A DNA stretch of 64,000 nt from Ignavibacteriota bacterium (GTDB lineage: Bacteria; Bacteroidota; Ignavibacteria; Palsa-1295): positions 1,184,001 to 1,248,000 of the forward strand of contig CAWBEI010000002.1 of NCBI GenBank assembly GCA_963787835.1, written 5' to 3'. The notes beneath the pieces are model-generated. The model was given only the letters and a program-made list of their open reading frames with translations. It was not told the origin of the DNA and did no database searches. Below are positions 53,735 through 62,369 of the stretch, in pieces. Position numbers and translations under genes: made by a program. Position 1 is the stretch's first letter. Each line of letters begins with the position of its first letter.

Positions 53735-55360
53735 CTAAACCCTATTTAACGCTTCCTCGATCGTTGGCGCAAGATTCTTTTCACCCAGCTCTTTCAAAAA
53801 TCCGCTGCCATCGAGCGCAATATACGGTTGGGAATGAATTTCAGAGATAATAAAGCGTCCTTTTGCCTGACGCACGCGCTTTTGAATATCGCTTAATACT
53901 TTCATGCCTGTTGCGTCAATAGCGGGAACGTTCCGCATTCGCACAATGAGCACTCGCGGGAATTTACCAACGGAGGACATCGTTTGCATAAAGGAGTCCG
54001 CAGCGCCAAAAAAGAATGGGCCGTTGATCTCATAGATCTGTACACCATCAGGAATGACGAGTTTGCTCATTTCGGCTGGAATATCGGAGTCATCCATTTC
54101 GCGCGAGATAACGCTTACGTTCGTAACCGTTGCCATGCGGTGCATGAAGAGGAACGCGGCAAGAACCATCCCGACCTCGATGGCGACCGTAAGATCAATG
54201 ACGACCGTAAGAATAAATGTTGTGAGTAAGACGATAATGTCGCTCTTCGGGGCTTTCAACAATGAGCGAAATGTTCGCCACTCGCTCATGTTGTATGCAA
54301 CGACGACAAGGATCGCTGCCAACGATGCAAGCGGGATCATTGATGCCAAATGACCGAATGCAAGCAGAATGAGCAGCAGTGTTAAGGCGTGGACAATGCC
54401 AGCGATCGGTGTCCGTCCGCCACTTTTGATATTTGTTGCTGTGCGCGCAATGGCGCCTGTTGCTGGAATTCCACCAAAGAGCGGAGTAACGATATTCGCA
54501 ACTCCTTGCGCGACAAGTTCCATATTCGAGCGGTGCTTGCCGCCGATCATGCCGTCTGCGACAACTGCTGAAAGTAAAGACTCCACTGCGCCAAGAACGG
54601 CGACCGTAAAGATCGATGGCATCAGCATCCGTATCATCGGCAAACTGATGTGCGGGAATTGCGGCGCAGGAATCGCTCCGGAGATCACGCCAAACCGGCT
54701 GCCGATCGTTTCGACGGGTATATTAAAGAAATAGACGATCGAAGTCATCAAAACGAGTGCAACAAATGGCGATGGAATTTTTTGCGTCACACGCGGCCAA
54801 AAAATAAGTATCAAAAGCGAGACGATCGCGATCCCAATTGCCCACGGATTAATATTCATAATATTCTCGCCGAATGCTGCCCACTTCGAAAAGAATTCTG
54901 CTGGAACGGTACCCATTTTTAATCCCAGAAAATCTTTAACCTCCGAAGAAAAGATAATAACGGCGATTCCGCTCGTGAATCCGGTAATGACCGGCGCAGG
55001 AATGAATTTTATGACGGCGCCAAATTTTGCGAGTCCCATTAAGACGAGCACGACTCCAGCGAGCATGGTGGTAACGATCAGTCCATCAACACCAAACTTT
55101 TCCACAACACCATAAATAACAACAACGAACGCGCCCGTCGGTCCGCCTATCTGCACGCGGCTCCCGCCGAGCGCGGAGATGAGAAAACCCGCAATGATCG
55201 CAGTGATGATGCCGCGTTCCGGCGATACGCCGCTCGCAATGGCGAACGCAATCGCCAACGGCAGCGCAACGACGCCAACGATCAATCCCGCCGTGACATC
55301 CTTGAAGAATGCCTGACGGTTGTAATCTTTAAGTGTGGTAAATAGCTTTGGTACGAACAT
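53735..55360 (-). CDS. SulP-family anion permease with STAS domain
   Basis: VALPLAIAF, GGSRVQIGGPTGA, PATGAIARTATN, INGPFFFGAA. Confidence 0.93.
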   Translation of the reverse strand: MFVPKLFTTLKDYNRQAFFKDVTAGLIVGVVALPLAIAFAIASGVSPERGIITAIIAGFLISALGGSRVQIGGPTGAFVVVIYGVVEKFGVDGLIVTTMLAGVVLVLMGLAKFGAVIKFIPAPVITGFTSGIAVIIFSSEVKDFLGLKMGTVPAEFFSKWAAFGENIMNINPWAIGIAIVSLLILIFWPRVTQKIPSPFVALVLMTSIVYFFNIPVETIGSRFGVISGAIPAPQFPHISLPMIRMLMPSIFTVAVLGAVESLLSAVVADGMIGGKHRSNMELVAQGVANIVTPLFGGIPATGAIARTATNIKSGGRTPIAGIVHALTLLLILLAFGHLASMIPLASLAAILVVVAYNMSEWRTFRSLLKAPKSDIIVLLTTFILTVVIDLTVAIEVGMVLAAFLFMHRMATVTNVSVISREMDDSDIPAEMSKLVIPDGVQIYEINGPFFFGAADSFMQTMSSVGKFPRVLIVRMRNVPAIDATGMKVLSDIQKRVRQAKGRFIISEIHSQPYIALDGSGFLKELGEKNLAPTIEEALNRV

Positions 55361-55435
55361 TGTGGGAGATCGCTCGGGAGGAAGTAGGGAATATCGGGAA
55401 CGAGTAGGGAGAAAAGATAATTCAACCAATACACC

Positions 55436-56302
55436 ATGGCACTTGATCATTTCCTGATAGAACCCGGCAGCGATTTTTCATTAGGCGCGGTTGATCCGGC
55501 AAAGACTCCGGGTTTCCGAAGCAAGCAAGGCGCGGAGAAAAAGCTCGTAAGCGACATCGAAGAACTTTCCAAGTTGCAGTCGATGCTGTTCGCGCAGGAT
55601 AATTTTTCATTGCTCGTCATCTTTCAGGCGATGGATACCGCAGGGAAGGATAGTGCGATCAAGCATGTGCTGACCGGAGTGAATCCGCAAGGCGTAGAAG
55701 TATATAATTTCCGCGTACCAAGCGCGGAGGAATTGAATCACGATTTCATGTGGCGTGCGATGAAAGTGCTTCCCGGACGCGGACGCATCGGCATATTCAA
55801 TCGCTCGTATTACGAGGAAGTGCTGACCGTCCGCGTGCATCCCGAACTACTCGCGAACGAAAAGCTCCCGAAATCTGCGCAAAAGAAAGATATTTGGAAA
55901 GAACGCTTCGAGGATATTAACGCCATTGAGAAATATCTCACTCGCAATGGTATTCGCATCCTGAAGTTCCATCTTGCTATCTCGAAAGAAGAGCAGCGCA
56001 AACGGCTTATCGCCCGAATTGATGAACAAGACAAGAATTACAAGATCAGCACTGCGGATGTGTATGAGCGCACGTTCTGGAAGGATTATATGTCCGCCTA
56101 CGAAGAAATGCTGCGCCATACCAGCACAGAATATGCGCCATGGTACGTCATTCCTTCCGACCATAAGTGGTACACGCGAATCGCTGTAGCAGATGTTCTC
56201 GTTAGTACACTAAAATCGCTCCAGCTTGAATTTCCAAAGATGACGAAAGACAAATTGCGTGAGATGGAGAAAGCGAAACGGCTACTGTCGAAGGAGGGAT
56301 AG
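55436..56302 (+). CDS. ppk2: Polyphosphate kinase 2 family protein
   Basis: QAMDTAGKD, IFNRSYYE, APWYVIPSDHKW. Confidence 0.92.
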   Translation: MALDHFLIEPGSDFSLGAVDPAKTPGFRSKQGAEKKLVSDIEELSKLQSMLFAQDNFSLLVIFQAMDTAGKDSAIKHVLTGVNPQGVEVYNFRVPSAEELNHDFMWRAMKVLPGRGRIGIFNRSYYEEVLTVRVHPELLANEKLPKSAQKKDIWKERFEDINAIEKYLTRNGIRILKFHLAISKEEQRKRLIARIDEQDKNYKISTADVYERTFWKDYMSAYEEMLRHTSTEYAPWYVIPSDHKWYTRIAVADVLVSTLKSLQLEFPKMTKDKLREMEKAKRLLSKEG

Positions 56303-56310
56303 TGGTTTGA

Positions 56311-56456
56311 TGCCATTCTGAGCGTAGCAAAACGTAGCGAAGCATCGGCAGCGATGCGGCGGAGTTTTGCGGAGTCGAAGAATCTTTTTCAATACCAGAG
56401 ATCCTTCGACTCCGTTCGGTTCCGCTTCGCTCCACCGAACTCCGCTCAGGATGACA
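56311..56456. repeat. Family-A palindromic element, empty
   Basis: TGCCATTCTGAGCG...GTCGAAGAATC, 15-nt spacer, GATCCTTCGAC...CGCTCAGGATGACA. Confidence 0.85.
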
Positions 56457-57369
56457 GTTTGGTATTCCTTTTCAATCCCGCCAGCTTCGTCCGCTTTATC
56501 GGCGATTTCTGAAACCGCCGCGAAAAATCATCCTGATCCATTTGTTGAATGTCTGCTGGAGTGAGATGCAGATTTTCTTCTCGGGGCGCAAACTCTGCGA
56601 TGTGCGTCGGCTCGGCAAACCTGTTCCACGGGCACACATCCTGGCAAATATCGCAGCCAAAGAGCCAGCCTTCCATTTTTGAGGCAAACTCTTCGGGAAT
56701 CTTGTGCTCCGGCTTTAGCTCGATGGTGAGATAGGAAATGCAGCGCGTGGCATCGATCTCATACGGCTTGAGCGCATCGGTGGGGCAGGCATCGAGGCAG
56801 CGCGTGCAGGTGCCGCACATATCTTCGGCGGGCGCGTCCGGTTCCAGCTCGATGTTGAGAATGATCTCCGCAAGAAACACCCACGAGCCAACTTCGCGCG
56901 TGATAATATTCGTATGCTTACCTTGCCAGCCAACACCCGCCCGTGCAGCGATCGGCTTTTCGAGTATTGGGCCGGTATCGGTATAATAGCGACCTTCCGC
57001 TTCGGGAGCGAGTAACTTTATTTCAGCAAGCAGTTTCCGAAGCATGGGCGGGATAATATCATGATAATCCGTACCCCATGCGTATCGAGAAATTTTTAAT
57101 TGGTCACCCTCCTCATACTGATGACCGTGATAGTAATTAAGCGCCAGCGAGAGAATGCTTTTCGCTTCGGGAAGGATATTCCTGGCGTCGCGGCGCTTAT
57201 TGTGATCGCGCTCCAACCATTGCATCATGCCATGCGCGCCCGATGCAACCCACGCCTGAAACTCATCAGCTTCGCTATCGAATGGCGCGGTGGAAGTCAC
57301 ACCGGCTTTGGTAAAGCCGATCTGGGTTGCTTTTTCTTTGATTAGTTTGGTAAGTTCAGCGCGCGTCAT
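56446..57369 (-). CDS. queG: Epoxyqueuosine reductase
   Basis: ISRYAWGTDYH, AGVGWQGK, CGTCTRCLDACPT, CISYLTIE, GCDICQDVCPWN. Confidence 0.95.
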   Translation of the reverse strand: MTRAELTKLIKEKATQIGFTKAGVTSTAPFDSEADEFQAWVASGAHGMMQWLERDHNKRRDARNILPEAKSILSLALNYYHGHQYEEGDQLKISRYAWGTDYHDIIPPMLRKLLAEIKLLAPEAEGRYYTDTGPILEKPIAARAGVGWQGKHTNIITREVGSWVFLAEIILNIELEPDAPAEDMCGTCTRCLDACPTDALKPYEIDATRCISYLTIELKPEHKIPEEFASKMEGWLFGCDICQDVCPWNRFAEPTHIAEFAPREENLHLTPADIQQMDQDDFSRRFQKSPIKRTKLAGLKRNTKLSS

Positions 57370-57371
57370 TA

Positions 57372-57464
57372 CTAGTTCACATTTTCCCGCACCCACACTT
57401 CGCCATCCGCCACTTTCACCTCATGGATGGGAATGCTTCCGCTTGCGTCGAGAAGCTGGCCTGT
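57372..57464 (-). pseudogene. Detached duplicate of the Rieske gene 3' end (31 codons)
   Basis: TGQLLDASGSIPIHEVKVADGEVWVRENVN* versus TGRQLDASGSIPIYEVKVADGEVWVRENTI* at 58228-58320. Confidence 0.85.
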
Positions 57465-57482
57465 ATTTCTCTCAATAAAAAC

Positions 57483-57509
57483 AACACCCTCACATATTGT
57501 GAGGGTGTT
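57483..57509 (-). terminator. Intrinsic terminator of the YodC-like gene
   Basis: AACACCCTCACA-TAT-TGTGAGGGTGTT stem, followed by GTTTTT on the minus strand. Confidence 0.7.
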
Positions 57510-57567
57510 ACCGAAATTAATTCAAGAGTAATTGAGGATTATACATCCTCGTTCCTTCGAACGGTGA

Positions 57568-58116
57568 TTAGTCGGGTTGCTGCGTTCTTGCAGCATCTGA
57601 AAAACCAATACCGAAAGAGGCAGCTCCAGGCTCAAAAGATTGATTTTCTGTGAAGTCTCGCACGGCAGGGCCACTGCCGCAAGGGTCAAAGCCTCGACCG
57701 AATGGGCTATGACCTCGACCATCAAATCCTCGACCGAATCCGCCACGACCTGGGGCTTCAAATCCTCGACCAAATCCGCCACAACCCCGCCCTTCAAAGT
57801 CTCGGCTGAATGGGCCACGAGCTGGGCCTTCAAAACCTCGACGGGATGGGCCACAACCGTGCCCTTCGAAGTCACGATCGGATGGGCCGCAACCACGACC
57901 TGCGAAGTCACGACCAGAAGAGTTAGCGGAATTGCCGGAAGTAGGAGCTTGATCCGTAAGCTGGTCTGGTAAATATGCACCAACCTTGGGTGTCATACCC
58001 TCGAACCAGTCACAGATGATTTTCTCGCCATCGGACTCTTTTTCACGAACTGTCATTTTGGGGCCGCCTGATTTAAGCCAGATTACGTCCCCGGTTTTCC
58101 ATTGTTTGTTATCCAT
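57568..58116 (-). CDS. YodC/DUF2158-like domain with 12-aa Gly/Arg/Phe-rich repeat tail
   Basis: GDVIWLKSGGPKMTV..CDWF; about seven [DG]FEGRGxGxFxR units; ATG 58116 (TTG 58140 is an alternative). Confidence 0.78.
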   Translation of the reverse strand: MDNKQWKTGDVIWLKSGGPKMTVREKESDGEKIICDWFEGMTPKVGAYLPDQLTDQAPTSGNSANSSGRDFAGRGCGPSDRDFEGHGCGPSRRGFEGPARGPFSRDFEGRGCGGFGRGFEAPGRGGFGRGFDGRGHSPFGRGFDPCGSGPAVRDFTENQSFEPGAASFGIGFSDAARTQQPD

Positions 58117-58227
58117 GTTGTTATTATTGTTATTATTCAATGAGGATGTATCTATACAACACCCTCTTCCCTAATGACGTATGATTGGTGAAAATGTTGC
58201 ACACATTAAAGGGATACATCGATTTTT

Positions 58228-58623
58228 TCAGATCGTGTTCTCCCTCACCCACACCTCGCCATCGGCCACCTTTACCTCATAGATGGGAATGCTTCCGCTT
58301 GCGTCGAGCTGCCGGCCGGTCGGAATATCGAATATCCAGTTATGCAGTGGGCAGGTGACTGTCTGGGCCGCGCAATCGATCGCCCCAGTCGCCAGCACTG
58401 GTGACATCTCGTGCGGGCAGATGTTAGAGGTGGCATAGATCACGCCATCGATGTTGAATATCGCGATCTCGCGATCCTCAATCACAATAACCTTCCCACG
58501 CTCGCAATTTTTTGGGAGTTCATCGACAGTGCAAGCGAAGGTGAATTCCATCGGAGCGTTCACCTCGCCCCGCAATTCTCTTCGCGCGGCTGCGAGGGCT
58601 TCGTCGTCGATTTTGTCTATCAT
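58228..58623 (-). CDS. Rieske [2Fe-2S] ferredoxin
   Basis: CPH and CPLH motifs. Confidence 0.9.
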   Translation of the reverse strand: MIDKIDDEALAAARRELRGEVNAPMEFTFACTVDELPKNCERGKVIVIEDREIAIFNIDGVIYATSNICPHEMSPVLATGAIDCAAQTVTCPLHNWIFDIPTGRQLDASGSIPIYEVKVADGEVWVRENTI

Positions 58624-58700
58624 TAGGTAAAGGAACAAAGTCAGAAGTTAGCTAATCCCCGATGTGAACTACTGCATTGAGAGCACCGTTAAACAACATT

Positions 58701-58925
58701 ATGGGAGAAAAGAATAAGGGAATTCCGCTTATCGAAGCGAATCCGTATTTACGGAGCCTCACAGAAGAAGAGCGTGAATATTTGCTGAGAGTGTCTGCCT
58801 ATGAGTCGAGCGTCTTTGAGGGAGCTCGGGGTCTCCAGCGGCCTGTCTTGCGCATTAAGTCCTTATCCCAACGTTTAGCGCCTCGTTCAAGGGCATCCGC
58901 AAAGAAGTCGGTCAAAGCTCGATAA
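58701..58925 (+). CDS. Putative Fic antitoxin
   Basis: 74 aa with SSVFEG matching (S/T)xxxE(G/N); convergent overlap with fic. Confidence 0.6.
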   Translation: MGEKNKGIPLIEANPYLRSLTEEEREYLLRVSAYESSVFEGARGLQRPVLRIKSLSQRLAPRSRASAKKSVKAR

Positions 58926-59512
58926 TTCTGCTTGTAGCCTTCAAATACTGCCGAAAGGTACCTCTTGTTTTGCGTTTTGGAGCCTTTCCCAGTAAATCCA
59001 TAATAGGGCGGGGGCTTAGATGCCTGTAAGGCCATCAGCCTTGCTATTACACGAGCAACCCTCCCGTTTCCTTCCCTGAAGGGGTGAATAGCGAGAAATT
59101 CTGCATGGACTTCCGCAATTGCTTCGGGAATATTTTGAGTTGGCTCAGGATGAAGGGGAGTAAGTCGCCGAAGAGTCTCCTGTTCAAAATGTTCGAGAGC
59201 ATTTCTAAGATGTTTTGACGGTGGAAATGGATAGCTACCTTTACTTATATTAACTTCCCTCAATTTTCCTCCCCAAGAATAAATACCACCCAAAAATTGC
59301 CGATGAATTTCCAGAATCAAATCTACTGTAATCACCGCCTCTGAAGTTACGGCCCTCTCAAAGTGCTTTTCGGCTTTAAACAGAGCCTCGTCTTCCACTC
59401 GGTTCATCTCTCGCTTCGAAGTGATTCCTAACAAATTCTTAAGAACGCGATCACGTGAGCCAGGTTCGAACTCACCTTCTTCACCAAGTGCAGTTTTGTA
59501 TCGTGATGCCAT
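58799..59512 (-). CDS. Fic-domain AMPylase
   Basis: True start MASRY at 59512 (TAATG overlap with nuoD); VLKNLLGI, HPFREGNGRVAR. Confidence 0.9.
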   Translation of the reverse strand: MASRYKTALGEEGEFEPGSRDRVLKNLLGITSKREMNRVEDEALFKAEKHFERAVTSEAVITVDLILEIHRQFLGGIYSWGGKLREVNISKGSYPFPPSKHLRNALEHFEQETLRRLTPLHPEPTQNIPEAIAEVHAEFLAIHPFREGNGRVARVIARLMALQASKPPPYYGFTGKGSKTQNKRYLSAVFEGYKQNYRALTDFFADALERGAKRWDKDLMRKTGRWRPRAPSKTLDS

Positions 59513-60729
59513 TATCGATCCACTTCCCCCAGCACAATATCGATCGAGCCGAGAATGACGATGAGATCGGCAATGAGATAGCCCCGCGAAATAAGCGGCA
59601 ACAAGCTGAGATTCGAAAATGCCGGCGATCGCACCTTCACGCGCCACGGTTTTACATCGCCTTTCGAGACAATATAATATCCCAGTTCCCCTCGCGGCGT
59701 TTCTGTGCGTGAGAATATCTCGCCTTCCGGTGGTTTCAGCCGTTTGGGAATTGCGGACTGAACGTCCGTCGTGTCGTTCGTTGGAAATTGCTCCAAGATC
59801 TGCTCGATGATCTTGAGGGATTGTTCCCATTCCACCATACGCACCCAATTCCGGTTGAAGGAATCGCCGAGCGTGGCGAGTTTGTCCGAGCCGACCGCAA
59901 TCTCGAAATCGAAGCGGTCGTAAATGGAATAGGGATCGTTCTTCCGAATATCCCATTTCACTCCGCAGGCGCGGAGCATCGGCCCAGTTGCACCGCCATT
60001 GATCGCAACTTCGGCATCGAGCACGCCAATATCCGCCGTACGCTGCCGGAAAATATGATTGAACGTCAGCAGATCGTTGATCTCTTTATGGGTAGCGCGG
60101 GAAGTTTTTAGGAACTCGCGGCACATCAGGAGCACGTCCTTGTGAAGATCGTGTGAAAGTCCACCGACCCACATATAATTATAGAGAAACCGGGCGCCGC
60201 AGGTTTTCTCGAACATTTCGAGGATGGTCTCGCGGTCGCGGAAACAATACAGGAAAGGCGTGAACGCACCAGCATCCATGCCGAACGTGCCAATTGCGAT
60301 AAGATGCGAGGCAATGCGCTGAAGTTCTGCAAAGAGCACCCGAATGTACTCCACTTTTTCTGGAACTTCAATATTCATCATCCGCTCCACAGCCGTTACA
60401 TATCCATGCTCGCCGGACATGGCGGCAATGTAATCCATGCGATCGACATAAGGAATGATCTGCGGATACGTGAGCTGCTCGGCATGTTTTTCGAAACAGC
60501 GGTGCAGATATCCAATGTGCGGAATGACATCGACCACTAATTCTCCATCTAGCACTACTTCCAAACGCAGGACGCCATGTGTGGAGGGATGCTGCGGCCC
60601 CATGTTCATCACCATCTCCTCGGTGTGCAGCCGCCCGCGCTCGACTTCTTCAGGAGCGTGGATTGGTGCGCTGGCATGCAGCGTGCTATGGGCTATCGTG
60701 TGACGATCAAATGATATTGATTCCGACAT
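59512..60729 (-). CDS. nuoD: NADH-quinone oxidoreductase subunit D
   Basis: NMGPQHPSTHGVLRL, GYLHR, ETPRGE, DIVLGEVDR. Confidence 0.96.
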   Translation of the reverse strand: MSESISFDRHTIAHSTLHASAPIHAPEEVERGRLHTEEMVMNMGPQHPSTHGVLRLEVVLDGELVVDVIPHIGYLHRCFEKHAEQLTYPQIIPYVDRMDYIAAMSGEHGYVTAVERMMNIEVPEKVEYIRVLFAELQRIASHLIAIGTFGMDAGAFTPFLYCFRDRETILEMFEKTCGARFLYNYMWVGGLSHDLHKDVLLMCREFLKTSRATHKEINDLLTFNHIFRQRTADIGVLDAEVAINGGATGPMLRACGVKWDIRKNDPYSIYDRFDFEIAVGSDKLATLGDSFNRNWVRMVEWEQSLKIIEQILEQFPTNDTTDVQSAIPKRLKPPEGEIFSRTETPRGELGYYIVSKGDVKPWRVKVRSPAFSNLSLLPLISRGYLIADLIVILGSIDIVLGEVDR

Positions 60730-60743
60730 CTAAAAGATTATTG

Positions 60744-61174
60744 GTCATTGCGAGAAGGAATCACGCAGCGGAGCGGAGTGATTCCTTCGAAGCAATCTCA
60801 CTCTTTAAGTTTATAGTACAATGTCATCGTACAAATCTTTCCATTCGGGGTTCATGGATCGAATCAACGATTCTTTCTTCGCCCTTGAGCCTGCCTTTAT
60901 CTGCTTCTCTCGAGCGATTGCAATATCCGGCTGCTCGAAGAATTCGTAATACACAAGCTTGTGTACCCGATACCTCGATGTAAATCCTGGTATCTTCATT
61001 TCACGATGTTCCGCGATCCTTCGTACAAGGTTATTTGTGACTCCGGTGTAAAGCACTCGATTGCTAACATTCGTTGTAATATAGACTGCAAAAAACGTCT
61101 GAGTCATTTCAAGAGTGAGATTGCTTCGGAAAGAATTGCTCCGCTCCGCTGCGCAATTCTTTCCTCGCAATGAC
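60744..61174. mobile_element. Family-B palindrome-flanked GIY-YIG element (putative)
   Basis: GTCATTGCGAG...GAAGCAATCTCACTCTT (60744-60805) and its inverse (61111-61174) enclose only the nuclease gene, inside the nuo operon. Confidence 0.7.
60811..61107 (-). CDS. Small GIY-YIG nuclease (UPF0213-like)
   Basis: AVYITT..LYTGVTNNLVRRIAEH..AIAREKQIKAGSR..NPEWKDL. Confidence 0.92.
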   Translation of the reverse strand: MTQTFFAVYITTNVSNRVLYTGVTNNLVRRIAEHREMKIPGFTSRYRVHKLVYYEFFEQPDIAIAREKQIKAGSRAKKESLIRSMNPEWKDLYDDIVL

Positions 61175-61198
61175 ATAATAAAATGTTTGATTCATTTC

Positions 61199-61720
61199 TT
61201 AATACGGCACCTTCATCCCATGATAAAAATCGGGTTCCCTAAAATCTTTGCGCAAGGGATGCCCCGGATAATCATCATCCAATAAGATACGGCGATGATC
61301 CGGATGCCCATCGAAATGAATGCCCATCATATCCCACGCTTCGCGCTCTTGCCAGTTGGCGTGTAGCCATATATCGGTTACCGATGGCACATGAGCATTC
61401 TCAGCAGGGACCGTAACCTTCAGTGCGATCTGATGTTGATGCTTCGTCGATTCCAGATGATAGACAACTGAAAGCGTGCCATTGCCATTATCGAGCGAAG
61501 AAAGCAAGAGCAAGCTGTCGAATGCAAGCTGGGGCTCATCGCGAAGAAAAAATGCGAGGTCACGAATGGATGCTGGATCCATAACGGCGAAATACGAACC
61601 CATCCGGCGCTGATAGGCATTCTCGGAATTGGATTCATGCCATGTGCCAACCTTCTCCCCAAAGAAAGAATGTATCGCCGCAACAATATCTGTAGAAATC
61701 ATCGAATCATCCAAAATCAT
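61199..61720 (-). CDS. nuoC: NADH-quinone oxidoreductase subunit C
   Basis: ANWQEREAWDMMGIHFDGHPDHRRIL, GHPLRKDF. Confidence 0.93.
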   Translation of the reverse strand: MILDDSMISTDIVAAIHSFFGEKVGTWHESNSENAYQRRMGSYFAVMDPASIRDLAFFLRDEPQLAFDSLLLLSSLDNGNGTLSVVYHLESTKHQHQIALKVTVPAENAHVPSVTDIWLHANWQEREAWDMMGIHFDGHPDHRRILLDDDYPGHPLRKDFREPDFYHGMKVPY

Positions 61721-61763
61721 CCGCGTAATCCCCTTTAATCCGCGTAATCATGGTTCTGTCCCC
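61697..61763. repeat. AATC...GGTTC ~9-nt tandem repeat element
   Basis: AATCATCG-AATCATCCA-AAATCATCCGCGTAATC...CGTAATCATGGTTCTGTCCC spanning the nuoB/nuoC junction. Confidence 0.75.
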
Positions 61764-62250
61764 TTACTATTTCCTGGAGTTTCATCAAACCTTCGAGCAA
61801 CGCTTCGGGGCGTGGCGGGCAGCCGGGAATATATACGTCCACCGGAATAATTCGATCGACGCCTTTGAGCACATGGTAACCATATTCCCAATACGGTCCA
61901 CCACAGTTGGAGCAGTTACCCATGGAGATGACGTATTTCGGATCGGCCATTTGCTCGTAGAGCATCTTAATGCGCGTGGCCATTTTGAGCGTTACGGTTC
62001 CCGAAATGATGATCACATCCGATTGCCGCGGACTTGGGCGCGGAATAACTCCGAAGCGCATCATGTCGTAATGTGAGGCGGCGGTGGCCATCATTTCAAT
62101 GGCGCAGCAGGCGAGGCCAAAGCTCATTTGCCATAGGCTCGAAAGGCGCGACCAATCGAACAGCACATCGAGGCTTGTCACGATTATGTTTGATTCCCCC
62201 GTTTTATCGGTGGGAATTACCGGGAGCTCGAGTTTATCTAAATAGCCCAT
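61735..62250 (-). CDS. nuoB: NADH-quinone oxidoreductase subunit B
   Basis: [29 protein letters not shown]. Confidence 0.96.
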   Translation of the reverse strand: MGYLDKLELPVIPTDKTGESNIIVTSLDVLFDWSRLSSLWQMSFGLACCAIEMMATAASHYDMMRFGVIPRPSPRQSDVIIISGTVTLKMATRIKMLYEQMADPKYVISMGNCSNCGGPYWEYGYHVLKGVDRIIPVDVYIPGCPPRPEALLEGLMKLQEIVRGQNHDYAD

Positions 62251-62255
62251 GTGAA

Positions 62256-62369
62256 AATTACGAATTACAAATTACGAATGGAAATTGAAAATAGTTTTTC
62301 TCAGTGTGGCTCCGGTAAAAGCTGTGCTTGCGGAGATTTGAAATTCGTAATTCGTAATTCGTAATTTTT
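62256..62369. repeat. Inverted ACGAATT heptamer arrays
   Basis: AATTACGAATTACAAATTACGAAT ... ATTCGTAATTCGTAATTCGTAATT, overlapping the nuoA 3' end. Confidence 0.8.

Noticed and set aside
53720-53736. GAGCGAAGGATCT resembling a family-A arm end
   Set aside because: Too short, with no GTC tag or partner arm
57522-57983. Alternative-frame repeat ORFs over the YodC-like gene
   Set aside because: Frames stay open because of the 36-bp repeat; only the 58116 frame has a recognisable domain
58799-59956. 385-aa Fic ORF in the track
   Set aside because: The first 148 aa are an alternate frame of nuoD; the credible start is ATG 59512
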